Position numbers and translations under genes: made by a program. DNA of 64,000 nt from Kudoa neothunni (taxonomy: Eukaryota; Animalia; Cnidaria), in assembly GCA_964304625.1 (NCBI GenBank), contig OZ199838.1, positions 2,643,702-2,707,701 of the forward strand, written 5' to 3'. Numbering within the stretch: the first letter of the stretch is position 1; every line of letters begins with the position of its first letter. Positions 21,622-36,600 of the stretch are shown here, one piece after another. The notes beneath the pieces were generated by a model that did no database searches, was not told the DNA's origin, and saw nothing but the letters and a program-made list of their open reading frames with translations.

Positions 21622-23381
21622 GCGAGGAGGATTACAACAAATTTGTAGAATCTCTAAAAACCAGTGAGTTAGTTCAGGCTGGTATTGAATCTAAGGAATA
21701 TGCTGTGCTGGAAGGGATTGTTTTTGGTGTGGATAATGCTGATCATATATCCACCACCCAGGTGATACCCCACACACTGTTTCCTTCCCCCTTCTCTTCC
21801 AATTGTATGGCCAAAGCGAAACACCTTCAAAAAGCACTCAACATGATGATTTATGTGATGGGAAATGATGTGGACTTTCTGGTGAACTCACTCGCTGGTT
21901 CCGAAAAAAACGATCATTTCACTAGCAGACTTTTGGGAATTTTGCGATCCAAAAAATACGAACAGTTCCCTCAACTAGCATCTGCTGCCATCCTACGAAC
22001 CGATTATATGGTCGAGAACAATGGTGCAGATTCGTCACAATCCCCACAATCACTCAAACAAATAGAAATGAATACTATTTCGGTCGCGTATGGCGCCCAT
22101 TCCTCTGCCGTCACAAAACTACATCGAAACGCCTTCTATTCATTGCTTCAAAATATCAAGGATCCACAACGACACTCCCAAATCAACAAATTCATTAAAT
22201 GTCTTCCTTCAAATGATGCATTGCTAGGTGAGCTGAAGCGGCTACTCAGCCCCTTGTGCTGCCATAATGATCTCGTATGTTCTAACGTGATTAACAACAT
22301 ATTTAGGCATCACAAAATGCATCCAAAAGTGTTGGTTGATTTACGATGAAAATAAACAACTAATTGAAGAATTACCTGCCATTATTTTTGCGGTTCAACC
22401 TGGAGAAAAAAATAAATTTGATCAACTCAAAATATTCTATCTCCTAAAGAACCATTTTTTGAATGATAACACACATATTGTAATTAAAAGTGTTAGTGGC
22501 GACTGCCGTTATAACCTCACATAGTTACCACCAATTTACATTCTCACACTCGATGAAATAGCTGACAGAATCGAACTCAATAAGGAGCTAGGGATTTTGA
22601 CACTCAAGTTTCCAGCCAAATCAGACAAACATGAGGTTGGTGTGGTCTATTTTAGGTATTCCACTTGAAACTATTTTTTGATCGATATATATTTGAATTA
22701 ATGTCTGATTCTATTAGAAGTTGTTATGGCCCCAACGATTTCACTAGCGACAAAATTTGGAACATGAGAAAATTGATTGAGATGTCTAAAGCCATCAAAC
22801 TTCCAGACATTGGAGTGCACCTGATTGGATTTAAAAAATTCCAACAAATCCTTGCTCGTGATCACACTCTGGTGGATAAATATCTGGAACAGGCCACTGA
22901 ACTCTGTCCTTCTATCGCAGATGTCAGTTCCAAAGATATTATGAACACATTTGCCACTTTCTACTCGCTAGATCCTCAAGAGGTTGACGTGGTTGAAGTG
23001 ACAAGGATTGTGAAGAAAAATATTGACAATTATGTGCTCAAACCTCAACGCGAAGGTGGCGGTAACAACCTCTACGGGAAAGAAATGATGGGAGCTATCA
23101 ACGATAGACTTAAAAATGGATCACTCAGCGACTACATCATTATGTCATTGATCCATCCCAAAACCTACACCAACTACAAAATTACCCACTCATCCGATAG
23201 ACCTGTCCAATTCAAAACTATCTCCGAACTTGGAATCTTTGGATCCTTTATTGTGGATGCATCCAACATAGTCACATCTAATGAGGTGAATGGTCATCTC
23301 GTAAGAACTAAATCTTCAAAGATTAAAGATGGTGGTGTTTCTTCTGGAAACGCCGTTCTTGATTCACCTATTATATTCTAA
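21618..23381 (+). CDS. GSS: Glutathione synthetase (eukaryotic type), 4 exons
   Basis: PHTLFPSPF, LRTDYM, LKQIEMNTIS, EKNKFDQ, YFRSCYGPNDF, KKFQQIL, KPQREGGGNNLYG, SELGIFG, GHLVRTK, GGVSSGNAVLDSP; three in-phase introns. Confidence 0.97.
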
Positions 23382-24076
23382 AACCTTATTCTTTCAACTC
23401 TATTTTTCATTATTAATAAGAGTTCTTATCTTCATATTCGTAATTCAATAAAATAATAAAATTTAAACTGCTTATAATTTTGAATCAAACTTCATGCCAC
23501 ATTAAACTAGAAAATGACTATTATATATTTCTTTCTCATTAGAATTAGAATTAGAGTGTATTCGATTAGATCTAATTTAACTTGTAGATGGACTTTAAAA
23601 ATTAACATTTTTACTTCTTCATTCAGACAAAACTTTTCTATATTCAAGGCTTATAAACCGAAATTAAATAATTATTGAAAATTAATCAATATTGTTTTTG
23701 GATAAGTCAAAAAAGGGAATCACGGTTATAAATGTGACAACATTGGAAGTATAACCATTTGGATTCTATTGAGCAAAAACCATGTTAAACGTTTTTATAT
23801 TTTTTGTAAAAAAATTAATACTTTTGTATTGTTTTAGGATATTCACATTCGCTTAAAAATAAGAACCATCAAAAATCGAAGTATTTATTAAAATGTGCGC
23901 CACACTGCCCAATTATCTCATCATTATCCACGTCACATCAATGCCCAGGAGTTTCCACGCCCCACGTTGGGAAACATAGACCTACCCTAACTCTATTATG
24001 GGCCATGTTAAAATTAATCTAATAAAATGTTAAATTATCCTTAATCCAAATTTTGAATTTGAATACACATATGTAA

Positions 24077-25070
24077 CTAGTGCAAAAACCCCGCTTCGCG
24101 AAGGCTTCCTTGCCCAACCAAGGAGGCTAAAACATGGCGCAGACTAAAGCCTTGTTGATTTTTAAGTAAATAGCGCTAATGCCCAACCAAGAAGGCTGGT
24201 ATTGTGTGATGGAAAATTTCATTTTTCTGTTTTATTTGATGCATTTTAGATCTTGTCGTTATTTTTACAATGTGATGATTTAGATAAAAAAAATTATGCA
24301 GAATTTTCCATTCAAATATAAATGGAGGTATTAAGGGAAATTAATGAGTATTTTTAAGTTTATTTTCCAAATTATGACCAAAAATATAATGACCTTAATT
24401 TTATGAGCAACGTAATCAACGACTAAAGTTCATTTATTTATTAGACCACATCATTAAATAACTTTAATAGGACTTTCAGTTCTTTTCAAAATCTTATGAT
24501 AAAAATTAATCCTTCCAGTTATAAAATTTATTATTAGTCTACAAACGATAAAAAAAATCAAATCAACCAAAGGTGCATCAGAAATAAAAATATTAATGGT
24601 TACTCCATTGTTTTCAATTTTATAAATGATGTTTTAAAAATCTATGAGTGACAACTGACGTATTCACTATTTTAACGTAATTTCCCGATTTTTTTAACAA
24701 AAATATATCCACTAAATTATTAAAATACGATTAAATCTAAAATGTAAAGGTGTTTTTGGGTTGAGAAATTATAGTAATGCTTAAGTATCAACTGGTTTTC
24801 TCTAAGGAGTGCACCCTTTTTAAAAATAAACTTACTGTTTAATTGGCCTAAAAAAATTTCTTCGTATTGACCTATTCTTAGTTTAACGAAAACTTTGTGA
24901 AAATATCGGTTAGATCGAACGGACCCATAATTTCTTATTAACTTACATGACACGTATTGGGAGTGGGATGTATTATTTGCAAAAGTAATCGTGAATATAA
25001 ATTCTTAAACTACGCATAGAATTCGGCGTGGCATATTTTCATGAAGCCTTTTATTATAATGAATTAGTAT
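24077..25070 (-). mobile_element. Helitron-like 3' end and relic
   Basis: Minus strand reads ...CGCGAAGCGGGGTTTTTGCACTAG|T (GC-rich subterminal motif plus CTAG|T). Repeated GCCCAACCAAG(G/A)AGGCT at ~24112 and ~24181. Faint RepHel-like peptide (TPNSMRSL) at ~25000-25050. Extent uncertain. Confidence 0.4.
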
Positions 25071-27623
25071 TAGCGAAAAGAAAAGAAAATTATTTATTGA
25101 TTTGAATGTTAATCTTAATGTTTTGGGGTAAGGAATAATTAGGTTATTAACAACTTAAACATTATTTAAGAAATTATCATAAAAATTTAATTATTTGCAA
25201 AACTCTACTCACATCCTACATCGTTTTTAGAATGCGTGTAGAGACCCAAATTGTTCCAACATGGCAACAACTTAAATCTCGAATTATGAATTTTATTTAA
25301 ATGATCGCAATCTATTCCGATTAACTATATCCATAACGCTTGCAAAAGTGAATACATATTCTAAATTATTTTGTTATGCTTCAAATTTTAAAGGAAATGC
25401 AACAACTCTTGTAAATGTGGTGTTAATGGTTTTATCTGTCTTAAAATTACTCCAAACAGGCATACGTAACATTTTTGAAACATTATACATCATAATTAGC
25501 AGATTCTCTTTGTATGCAATAAGTAAAAGTTTATTCTAATTGAGTGTCACTCTGAAGTAAACAAACACAAATATTATTCAGGTACCTTTTAATCTGGTAA
25601 TTGATGAAAACAGTCAGAAAATTCATTACTTCTGATAATGATATTTATTATACTTGTACTTATAAGTAGATTCACGATTTTTATTAATGGTATCATCTAT
25701 TCAAATGCGAACTAAAAGCTGTATTTAAAAAAGTTTCTCCATGGCACATGTGCACTTGTGGATACACACAGAAAAACAAAGGATTTTATATATACACAGA
25801 TAATGAAGGAAGGCATGATATTTTACAACAATTTTTTTAATTAAGATCACAATCTCTCAATCCTTTCGTGTTAAAATTTCATTTAAAGGATTAAGAGAAC
25901 AAATTGCACCTCCATAACATTCCATTTTGAATATTTTCTCCCAAATAGTTTAATTGTTACAATAATTTTAATCTTGTTAAAAATTAATTTAAATAAAAAA
26001 TATCAGGGGGCTCATCCGAACATTTGAAAAAGCACGATTTGGAACAATCTTATTTATTTTTAGCCGATATCATAATATATTCCTCAATAAATGTTCGTTA
26101 AAATATAATTTCCCTTAGTTTTTAAATATTCATATATACATTTGCTTCTGAAAAAAATGTATATACTAAAACTCGATTTGTTATACGAAAATATTAAAAG
26201 CTTCGGCCCTAAATATTAGTAAATATGGAATAATTTTGAAAAAGAGAAATTGGTATCAAAATTGACGCGCACGCACGAAAAAATTGATCCATTTTAAGCA
26301 TATTGATTGTATATTAACCCATTATTTACAAGTCAAATACAAAATAAATTTTCATTACATTTTACACACGTTACGAATTTTTACATGGTTATGGCGAATA
26401 AGAATTGGATCTTCATTTTTTCTTGTAATTTGATGATTATGATAGACAAAACCTTTTTTTGACATTTTAACTTTTAAACTCGCTATAACTTAACATTTGC
26501 CCGTCATATATTATCTTCAAATCGCAAAAAACAAAAATGGGCACGAAAGGGTTTATCAGATAAGAATTCCAATCAAATACTTTAGAATAAAATGAAAAAA
26601 GGTTTCAGCAATACTTTGAATCGTTTTAGAATACTTAAAAAATCTTGAATAATTTTTAATGAAACGGTAATTTGTTGCACTCACTATAATACAGAAAATA
26701 TAACATGAGGGAAGTGTACAATGGATTAATCTTCGAAATATTTCCTCATTGCAAAGCGGTGCGACAGGTGTGTGATTATTTTAAGTGGATAATAAAAGCA
26801 TATTAGCAAATTTTTTAATGATAAGATAAATTTCAAATGTCGATAACTCCAACTGATTTGAGTCGGTATCGCAGCGAGTATAACCGAAAATATTCGGCGG
26901 TTAAGACCCTAAACAGTATCTTCAAAGTCGCATCGTGATGAGAGATAAATTGCATATTAGAGTCTAAAAATATGTATATATTTGAACTGGAATAGTCTTT
27001 ATTTTATATATCAATTTGATGATATTCAATTAAAATCTTCTCATCAACAAAATAGTTGGTATGGGAAAAAGTATGGTAGGATTTATTCAGCACAGGCCAT
27101 CTTAGTTTAATCTTTGGATTATTTTCCAAAATCACACCGTAATTTTTGTACCAAAAGCATGAGAAAATGCCATCCGCCATAAATAATAAAATAAAATTGT
27201 TCATTTATTCAATTCCTCGGCAGACATTATTGAGAGGTCGAAGGGATTGTACTTGGAATTCCATTTAAAAATCGAAAAACGTTAATTAAACTTTTTGATG
27301 AAATAGGCATGAATGTGACGTATCAATTCTATCTCAGTGATAAATAGCTTTAATCGCTGTTAAAATCTTTAAAAATAATGCAATATTATTAATTTGCTCG
27401 ACAAAGACAACATCCAACAATTGGACGTGTGTGGGCGTATGATGAGAGAGAATAACAAACATTTATATAAACCCTACTCGAAAACCTAATCTTAATATCT
27501 CTCTCAATTATAGAGGTTTAATTTGAAATTAAACTTCGGTTCTAACCCGAACTACCTCTCATGATATTAACATTAAGGTTGGATGTATTAGCGATATCTT
27601 AGAGTGAGGTCTCGAAAGTCACA

Positions 27624-30600
27624 ATGAATCGCCTGTTTAGGAGATGTAAAAAGGATTCAAAAAAGAACCTAGGTAATATAACACGATTATTAAATATGGT
27701 GTTAATAGTTATTTGATAGATTCCACGGCGCAAACCAATCATCACCTCGAACCAAACACTCCAAAGAAGAAAAAGTGAATTGAACAAAGATGGCGTTAAA
27801 TAATTTTTATTTTTATAATTTCATAAAGAACGAGCTGCAGACAATCAATACGACGATTCAGCGTTAGGGAAGCAAGCCCCACCGCAAAATTCGATCAAAC
27901 TGACCCGACGATGCGCGACTCGGTTGCAGTAAATGAATATTCGTTGAATAGAAACGAATTAGGTCGCAGCAAGATGGAAGGTGAAACTATGAGTGGATAT
28001 ATCGATAAATGGACCAACTATGTGAGTGGGTTTCAAACGCGATGGTTTGTACTGAAGGATGGCATATTGTCATATTATTGGTGGCTAGTTTTGGTTGGGT
28101 ATATTTGTTTACCTTTGGTTTGTAGCAGTAAAGATCAAGTTGATGTGGCATGTAAAGGATCGTTTAAAGTGAGCAGTTTACGATTGGTGATTGTGAGCTC
28201 GACCACTTTCAAGTTGATCACCAAAAATGGAGTTACACTCCATCTTCGTTGTCCCAACAATAAAACTGCTACCAGATGGATGATGGCATTCAACGGTATA
28301 ATTCATAGTAGTCGTAGTGGAAAGATGAATAGCAGTGATTCGCCTTCAAAAACTTCCCATCGTGAATCATTCGCTCATGTCGATTCTACCAGCGATAAAA
28401 AGTCATTGGCTGGTATTAGCACTATTTTCGCACCAACTGATCTCGCCGTCGACATTTAGAATCTGATATAATTGTGATGAATACTGAAAAACCTGAAGAG
28501 TCGACAAATGTCGATCATTCCGACTCGTCTTCCATTAAACTGCCAATTCTTAGTCTTGAAAATGAGCTTTACATAAAAATCAGCAAAAAATGTGATATTA
28601 TTCTCTCGTTGGAAGGCCTCCTTCAGAAATACAAGATCGATCTTTATGGGCTTTCTGAGAGCGACACAAAGGGTGATAGTGGTGATCAAAGTCAAAAATT
28701 AGGGGGTGATTCCCAACTGGCACCACAAACCGCTACCACTAATGACCACAATAACAATATTCCCGCCCCATTAAAATTCGGTTTTAAGGATACCTTGGAT
28801 ATTTTGGAACGTACAGTTGAAAATATATCTAAAGTAAGTATGTGCAGCGATAGCTCATGAGTTGATTTTTCTCTTTGTTTCTCATTAATATCAATCTAAA
28901 TTGTATCTAGGAGATAACCGAATTAATTCCACTGATCGACAGTTACCGATCCTACGCATTGCAATCATTAAAAGACTCTTTTATGACAACCGAAATGCTA
29001 CAAAGCAATCTAAAGAAACTTGCATTTCAACACAATTCTCTAGAACGAAAAGTGGAGCACTACTGCGGTATTAATATTTTGTAGTATAAATTAAAAGATT
29101 TTTCATACCTCAATTAATTCATTAATAATTGAATGATTAAAAGAGATTTAAGTAATTTTTTAAAAATTGTTATGGATAAATCTGAAATTATTCTGGTATT
29201 TGGTTCTATTGTTTTGCTCTAAGTTGCAGACTTGCTTAGAATTCTCAGTGTAGTCTAAATCTACTAATAGGGGCGCACTCATATCAAATATGCGTAATAC
29301 ATATGAGAATTATCTTGTACGAATACAGGGGAGAATAAAGTCGGTAAGTGACTATTTGCGTGGATGGGAATATTTCCTAGAATATGTGAGATATTAAAAA
29401 TTTGATTTTACAATCACAATAGACTATATTTTTCCCAAAAATTGTACAATTTTTTTTATAATTTTAAATGGAGAATTTGTCCATTAAAACCGTACTTTTC
29501 TTGAGTTAATTACAATATTCGAAGGTTATTTACGGTATTCAGTACAATTAATTCAAATTATTTATCAAATCGTACATTACAAACTCGAGTGAGGCATACA
29601 TACGAGACAAATTTTCACAATTAATTCCGATGGCTAAAAATATTAGAAAAAAATGAGGCTACCAAAATACCTATTATTTTTTTTAATGAAACGATGTTTT
29701 TACCGGTCGGTCGAAATTGTCTTTTTATGTTTTGATTCTAGGCTCTTTGACTTGAAAATAATTTTATCGATTTGTTAAAATACTAGTTTTATTAAATTCA
29801 TTGAGCGACAAATTTTTTCAATCAATAATAACTCAAAATTTTATTTGCAAAAAATCTAGTTCAATTTTTTTTGATAATTTTTTCGGAAGCCTAATAACAG
29901 ACGCTCTACTCATTTTCCTCCTCCTTATAATTTTTATTTTGGATACTTCCTCCATAATAATATTAGATCAATAAAGAGCCAGGCGAGTATAATAAAGTTT
30001 ATGGAAAGTTTCGTTGTTACTTATAATATCATATGACTGTAAATATTTGGTGACCATTATATTATACGTTTTCTCTCGATTCTGATGGATTTCAGATAAC
30101 AAAAGAACGATATGAAGAATTCTTGCAGAGTTGAAAATTTTTTAACAACGCTTTCGATCTTTCATTTGCCGATTCTAATCTATCATTTGCGCAGTATTTA
30201 AAATAATTTTCAGCATAACTTAGCAAGCGATCCCTTCACTTACGATTAGTTTCTATCTTTTATCGATATAAATATCGAGATTGTAAAATCTGTGCCCATA
30301 TAATTCATCATGTATGGGAACAACTTGATCGTTGCTAATATTACAAACTATTTCATCGAAAATTTTCATACTTTCCTATTTTATCTTCGCGTTGGAGTGA
30401 GTATTCGACAAAGGAGGTGGAACCTACATATCAAAAGGGAACAGATTCAAACATCGTCTTAAGGCACTTTCTGAGGCATTGGTATTTATCTGTTATTATT
30501 GTTCATATTTTTGTCTTAAGCCAGGGGAGACATCGACTAATTATTTTAATAACCATTTGATCGAATCTTCAGATTCATCATACGATACATGCACTTGTTA

Positions 30601-33600
30601 TGAGTCAAGCCTAACGAATCTTGTATAGTCGTTATGAAGAAAGATGCCCTAGAAATAAATATAGATACATCTAGCTTATTGTAGTCGAATTGAAACGTGA
30701 TTTGAATAGTACAGTTCTCAAAAAGGGTATTCGCTAAGGTTCACCTTTTAAATTCAACGTAACCAAATTGTTTAGCGTATAAAATTATTTCGTATAATAA
30801 TAAAATTTATGAATTTTGATACAGCTTAGATCAAACGAGAATTAACTCTCAATGTATGACAATTATTGAAATTGTGAGACCATGCGAAACATGCAAGCTA
30901 TCTATGGTGTGTGTGTGTGCGCGCGAAACGTCTAATATGGCAATAATCAATTTTATATCGGACAATAAAACTTAGTTCACCAAAATATTGTGTATAAGCA
31001 TTTAATAATGTTATTAAATCAAGAAAAGTACGATTTTGGTACATAGGAGATGGTTAAAGCGTGGTTTTAATAGACAAATTCTTCATTTAAAATTATTAAA
31101 AAAATTATAAAATTTTATAGGACAAATATAGCCTGTTGTAATTGTGAAATCGAATTTTTAATATCTCACATATTCTAGGAGATATTCCCATCCATGAAAA
31201 TTGCCACTGCCTAAAAATATTAATGCTGAGAAAGACTTTAAGTTTTAAATGGCATGAGTAGAGTGAAAGAATTAGTGTGTAGTTGTTCTCTGTATTTTTT
31301 TCTATTATATTATATTATATTGTTACTTTAATTGGAGAAGAGGTCAATAAAACAAATTAATGATTATTTAAATGTATTTATCGCGGAGAACTGTAATTTT
31401 TACGATGTGAAAAGTTATTGATTTTGAACGAAAGTAGTTGTGATGAAATAAAAAACAATTTTTTGTATATAGATTGTTCTTCGGATTATAGCTTAGAAGA
31501 TTCAGTGATAACACTGGACATTTAATAAGATATAAACACGCGCACATTACGTTTGTTTGATCCAAAGAGATTGTTTATCTGACGGCGTAAATTAATAAAT
31601 ACCAACATAGAGGTACAGCTTGACATTGCAAGTGTAAACGTTTCTCTGTTTTTATATACGCATGCGTGAATATTACCGCATAATCCAACGCTTTTCCTGT
31701 TCTTTTAAGCCACCCCACCCCACCCCTACTTAAGTGAGGGTTATTGTTGATATTGTTTCAGCTAGTATTCATAACACGATGAGTGAAATAAGACAAATAA
31801 TCTACATAGAGGTAATAGTAGTTTATATATAAGGATATAATTTACTACTCTCGCGGGGATTCTAATAAGTGGTAGTTAAAGGTCATTAAGTTACCTTAAT
31901 AGAATCCCTCAGGAATTCTAATAATTATAAAAAGGATTTTTGGTGAGGAAAATAATGCTACAAGAATTTCGGCTCTCTTTACAGTATTACATTAACAATA
32001 AATAAGAGTCTGTTTGGTAATGGGAAACGAAGTAAAAGGAAAAAATAATAAATTGGATTTTTTACCATTATCGTTTCTGTATTATAATAAGTCGAAATGA
32101 GGCTCTTTGCTAGATAAATGATTATGTGTAAAATCTACTGAGTAGATTTCGAGGTTTCTGCTGAAATTTTTATGATACTCGATTTATAAATGGTCGTTAA
32201 TTTTAATTAATCTCAAATAATCTTACATAATAATCATCATTCGTGTAGTTCACCATTTTTTATTACATTTTAACAATTTGTATTATTAAACCATTTAATT
32301 AGATTTTTGTTGATAAAAATATCTATAAAAATGTTGTCGATTAATTTTTTTTAATATCGAATATATAAAAAATTAAAAATCCATAATTTTTGTTGGTAAG
32401 TAAGTTTACGATATTGAACAATAATTATATGACTGGGGTAAAATTTTTGATAGTGAAATACTTTATTCATCACCCAATTAATACATATAATATTTTATAT
32501 GATTATTGCACATTCTAAAACTTAAATTAAGAACTAAGAATTTCGAATTTCGAATTAAGTTTCAGGGTTTTCAAATGAAAGTCACCAAGTCACAGTTTTA
32601 GTCAGAATCATTGCATAATATAAGCTAGATAGAGGTTTATGTCTGATGGGAAGGTTAGAAAATTTATTTATAATTTAATCATTCTATTTTTTATTTTACA
32701 TTGTGTGTAATTACCGCAATTAAACTAATTTTTATCATATCTTCCCATCATCTGTTCATGTGTATTTAAATGGTGTTTCTGCCCTAATTTTAAATTTTAT
32801 TTATTAAGATTCAAAAGGAAAAGAATATTTATAAAAATTTTTTTAAACGATTTATTTCAATATTAATTATTAGCAAAATAATAAATAATAAACAAGAAAC
32901 CAACAAATTAACTTCAAATAAATGTTTTCATTGGAGCCGAAAAAATAAAAATGCATCAAGTTATTTTAGGAAGTTTCTCAAATATTGAGCCATTATGGAT
33001 TTTCGCGTTCCCAGCTGAGAAATGAGAGATCTTGAATTCATTTCATCTTGGGCATCAGTTATATAAAGATTAGTTGACGAAATATATACTAGTGAATTCA
33101 GGTTAAATTTAATTATTTGAATATTCATGATGCCGTTATTTTTGAGTAATGTAGTAATATTAGAGGCATAAAAGAATAACTTTCGATAGGGCATGCTTAA
33201 TGCATCTTTTTCCAACATTTACGAATGATGAAACATCAATTATTCATCTTCATCGACATCATGCTATTGCTATAGCACACATGCCAATTTTTTCTTTATT
33301 AAAGATTTGAATGATTATCCCTCAAATAATTGGATAACATTTCTAAATTACCAGTGAAATCTAATATTATTTATTTTAATCATTTTAAATGAAATAATTA
33401 GAAAAGAAACTTAATTTGTCATCTAGTGAGTACATAAAGTAGATATTGTTTTTCAATACCGATTCGGATAAAACCGGTGGTGATATTTCATTTTGTCATT
33501 GTGTGCTGGCTGGTAAGGATATTTTTAATCTTGAATGGCATATACGCTTGCGCACTGTCCATTTTTAATCATAGGAACTTCAATTTACACTTAGTGTAAA

Positions 33601-36600
33601 CGTTAATTCGGCAGAATCTGCTATATTCAATTATCTTTAACCCATCTATTACACTGTTACACTGTTACACTCTTATTTTCTTATGTGTTAAAAGTGATTA
33701 ATTCCAGTCAAATGTAAGTTCACCTGGATATTATGATCTTATGATCAGTGCCGATTAACACTGCCTTTAATTCATTAAACAAGTATAACGCATTATTCTG
33801 AGAAAAATAAAAGATTCTCCTAAATTAGTTTGGCTGTTTAATAACTTATCTAATGTTTTTCATAGAAGTAATGTGTGAATAATTCCGAATATAAAAATTA
33901 TTTTATCAGTCAGTAATATTGAATACTATTCAATTTTTATTCAATTTTGTAAAGTAAAAAAACTAATAATAGTTTTACAGCCTAAAATTTTATGCCGATC
34001 GTTTTTAGTCACTTCAGGTTTTGGCAAATATTGGCCAAGGCGTAAAATAGGGGCATCACTACTTTTGTGAAACAAAATACTGAAAGAAGTGCTTGAATTT
34101 TAGTCCGTTTTTAATTTGGAGTTTTGCTTGAAAATGCAGCTAATAATATAAAATGAAATAACTGATTGGATTATCGCCTTGAGATTAACACTTGTTAATC
34201 TACCCCGATATTATAACAATAGGGGTATTGGAAATATAAGGCAATTGAATACAATGTCATAATATATTAAACATAGGTATTTGAATATTTCTAGTTATAA
34301 TTTAACTTTCAAAGTCACGTTTTCACGACGAAATAATTTAACACAACCACATAAAAAATAAATTAATTTTTTCGCCATACAAAGTAATTTCACAGGTTCT
34401 AATGAGAAACCTCTGAATTTGTCCAAGCATATTTATCGTTGTTTTCGTCGATGTTAACTGAATATTCGGTTAAGGTTACTTAGATCCCACTTTAGGATTA
34501 AATGATTAAAATTGACAAAATATAAATTTTGATATAAATTCCTGGCTTTTGTTATATCCGATGAGCTATTGTGTACGGCCAGTCTATTGAATACAACCTT
34601 AAATCCTGTATTAATTGATGTCGGTATCAATAAGATAGCATCGAATTATACGTTATTTAGTTGCTGACCGAGCTGCAAATTTAAAAATTTAGCACACTGG
34701 TTTCAATTGTTATCCCCTTTAAACAGTCACAACAATGTGTCACTGCAATGCTGGCAAAACCTCGTATTATAATAATCGTAACTTGACCACTAATTTTCGT
34801 TATTCATCGCTTTGACAGATAATTATTTTTATCAATGTTTATTCTTAGGATAATTATGTAGCACATTGTATTTAATTTAATTGCGCAGTTTTCGAATAAT
34901 AAATTACAATAATTTTAATTTTCTGCCCTACCGTCTGCAGCTTTTAGCATTCGTTTAAGATACCAAAATACGATTATTTTATAATCATGTAGCACGCCTT
35001 GATTGGTTGCTGCCAGTTTAATGTATAATGTGAATAGTCGCCTTTATTATATATTAAATTTTTTATCTTCCAATCACCTAAATATACAATATTGAGTTTC
35101 GTAATTAAAGTCTGTCATTAATAGAACAAGACCGAACAAACTCGAAAATTAACTGTTTGGTAAGACTTCCCCATACCATTTCAGATAGTGTAGCTAATTG
35201 TGTGTGTTGTGTAGAGTAGCAACGAACCTCACCCAGCCACACTTGGAGCCTATTCTAGTGATAACATGAGTGATGAGTTTCATGATGCACTTTCCGAGGT
35301 ACACCAATCGATGCAATACCATTATTTGTGATTTTTCTTCTCTCATACACAAACACATGCATACGTTTTTTGCGGTTTGTGTTTTGAAAGATGAAAAAAT
35401 ATAAGATATCCCTCAAATTTTTGTCAATGACTATACGACTATTTTATGTAATCATTTCTGTAGAGCTTAGAGGCATCTTCTAAAGATATCGGTCCATCTG
35501 ACAACAACAACAACAACGACTCCGACGACTTCGACACTGAGTTGTACTCTACTGGGGCTGCTCTCACATACAGTCAACCCCCACCAAACCAACTCGGTGA
35601 GAGTCATTGTTTACGCATCAGTTCTTCCACTAACGACTTTGTACAATCATCCCACATGTCCACTGTTTTGAGTGGTGGGATAGATCTCACATCTCATGTT
35701 GTTAGCACTCATAGATCTGTGTCTAATTTTCAACTTGTAATTAGAATGATAACAGTGGATTAGTTGTCAATGTTGTTGTGTTTATCTAGTTGAAAACGTA
35801 TCGAACAACAATTCCACCACGTCCTGATGTTAGACTTAATCTTTGGAGTATTATCAAAAATGCTATTGGTAAAGATCTATCCAAAATACCTATGCCAGTG
35901 GGAAAATTGTTGAATCAGCCTGTGATAAAATGTGTTGATGTAGGTGAACTTTAATGAACCGCTTTCATTGCTCCAGCGAGTCACTGAACCACTGCAACAT
36001 TCATCGTTGTTGGATGAAGCAGCTTCCACTCTCAATGATACTCTTATTCAGCTGGTTTATGTTGCTGCTTTCAACGTTAGCAGCTACTCCTCTAATGCCT
36101 ACCGAACCAGCAAACCCTTCAATCCATTGCTGAATGAAACCTATGAGATGGATCGTACTGGTGATCTCGGATGGAGGAGTGTGTGTGAGCAAGTATGGGT
36201 TTATTGTTTTTTTAATCACTGTCCTCCATTACGCCTTCTGTCCATGTTAACTTTTTAAAAATCGATTGTTTTGTTACTAATTGAATAACTAACTAAGTAA
36301 CTTATTAAATCAAAGTTATTTTGCGTGCTGAAATTAACTAATCCATCAATAGTGAGTCATCATTTATTGATAACCCATTTACTTGATGTATTCAAATTTA
36401 GATTTAAACGAAAACTTCACTGCGTGTTAATTATAATCGCCTTTCCACATATTACAGAGAATATACATTAGGTTCTGATGAATATGCAATTTTTTGACAA
36501 AGGAGCTTATTATCGTATGCATAACTCATTATACCAATATACGCTTATTGTTTGCTAATATTTATAAATATTTATACGATAATTCCTTCTGGTTACTATT

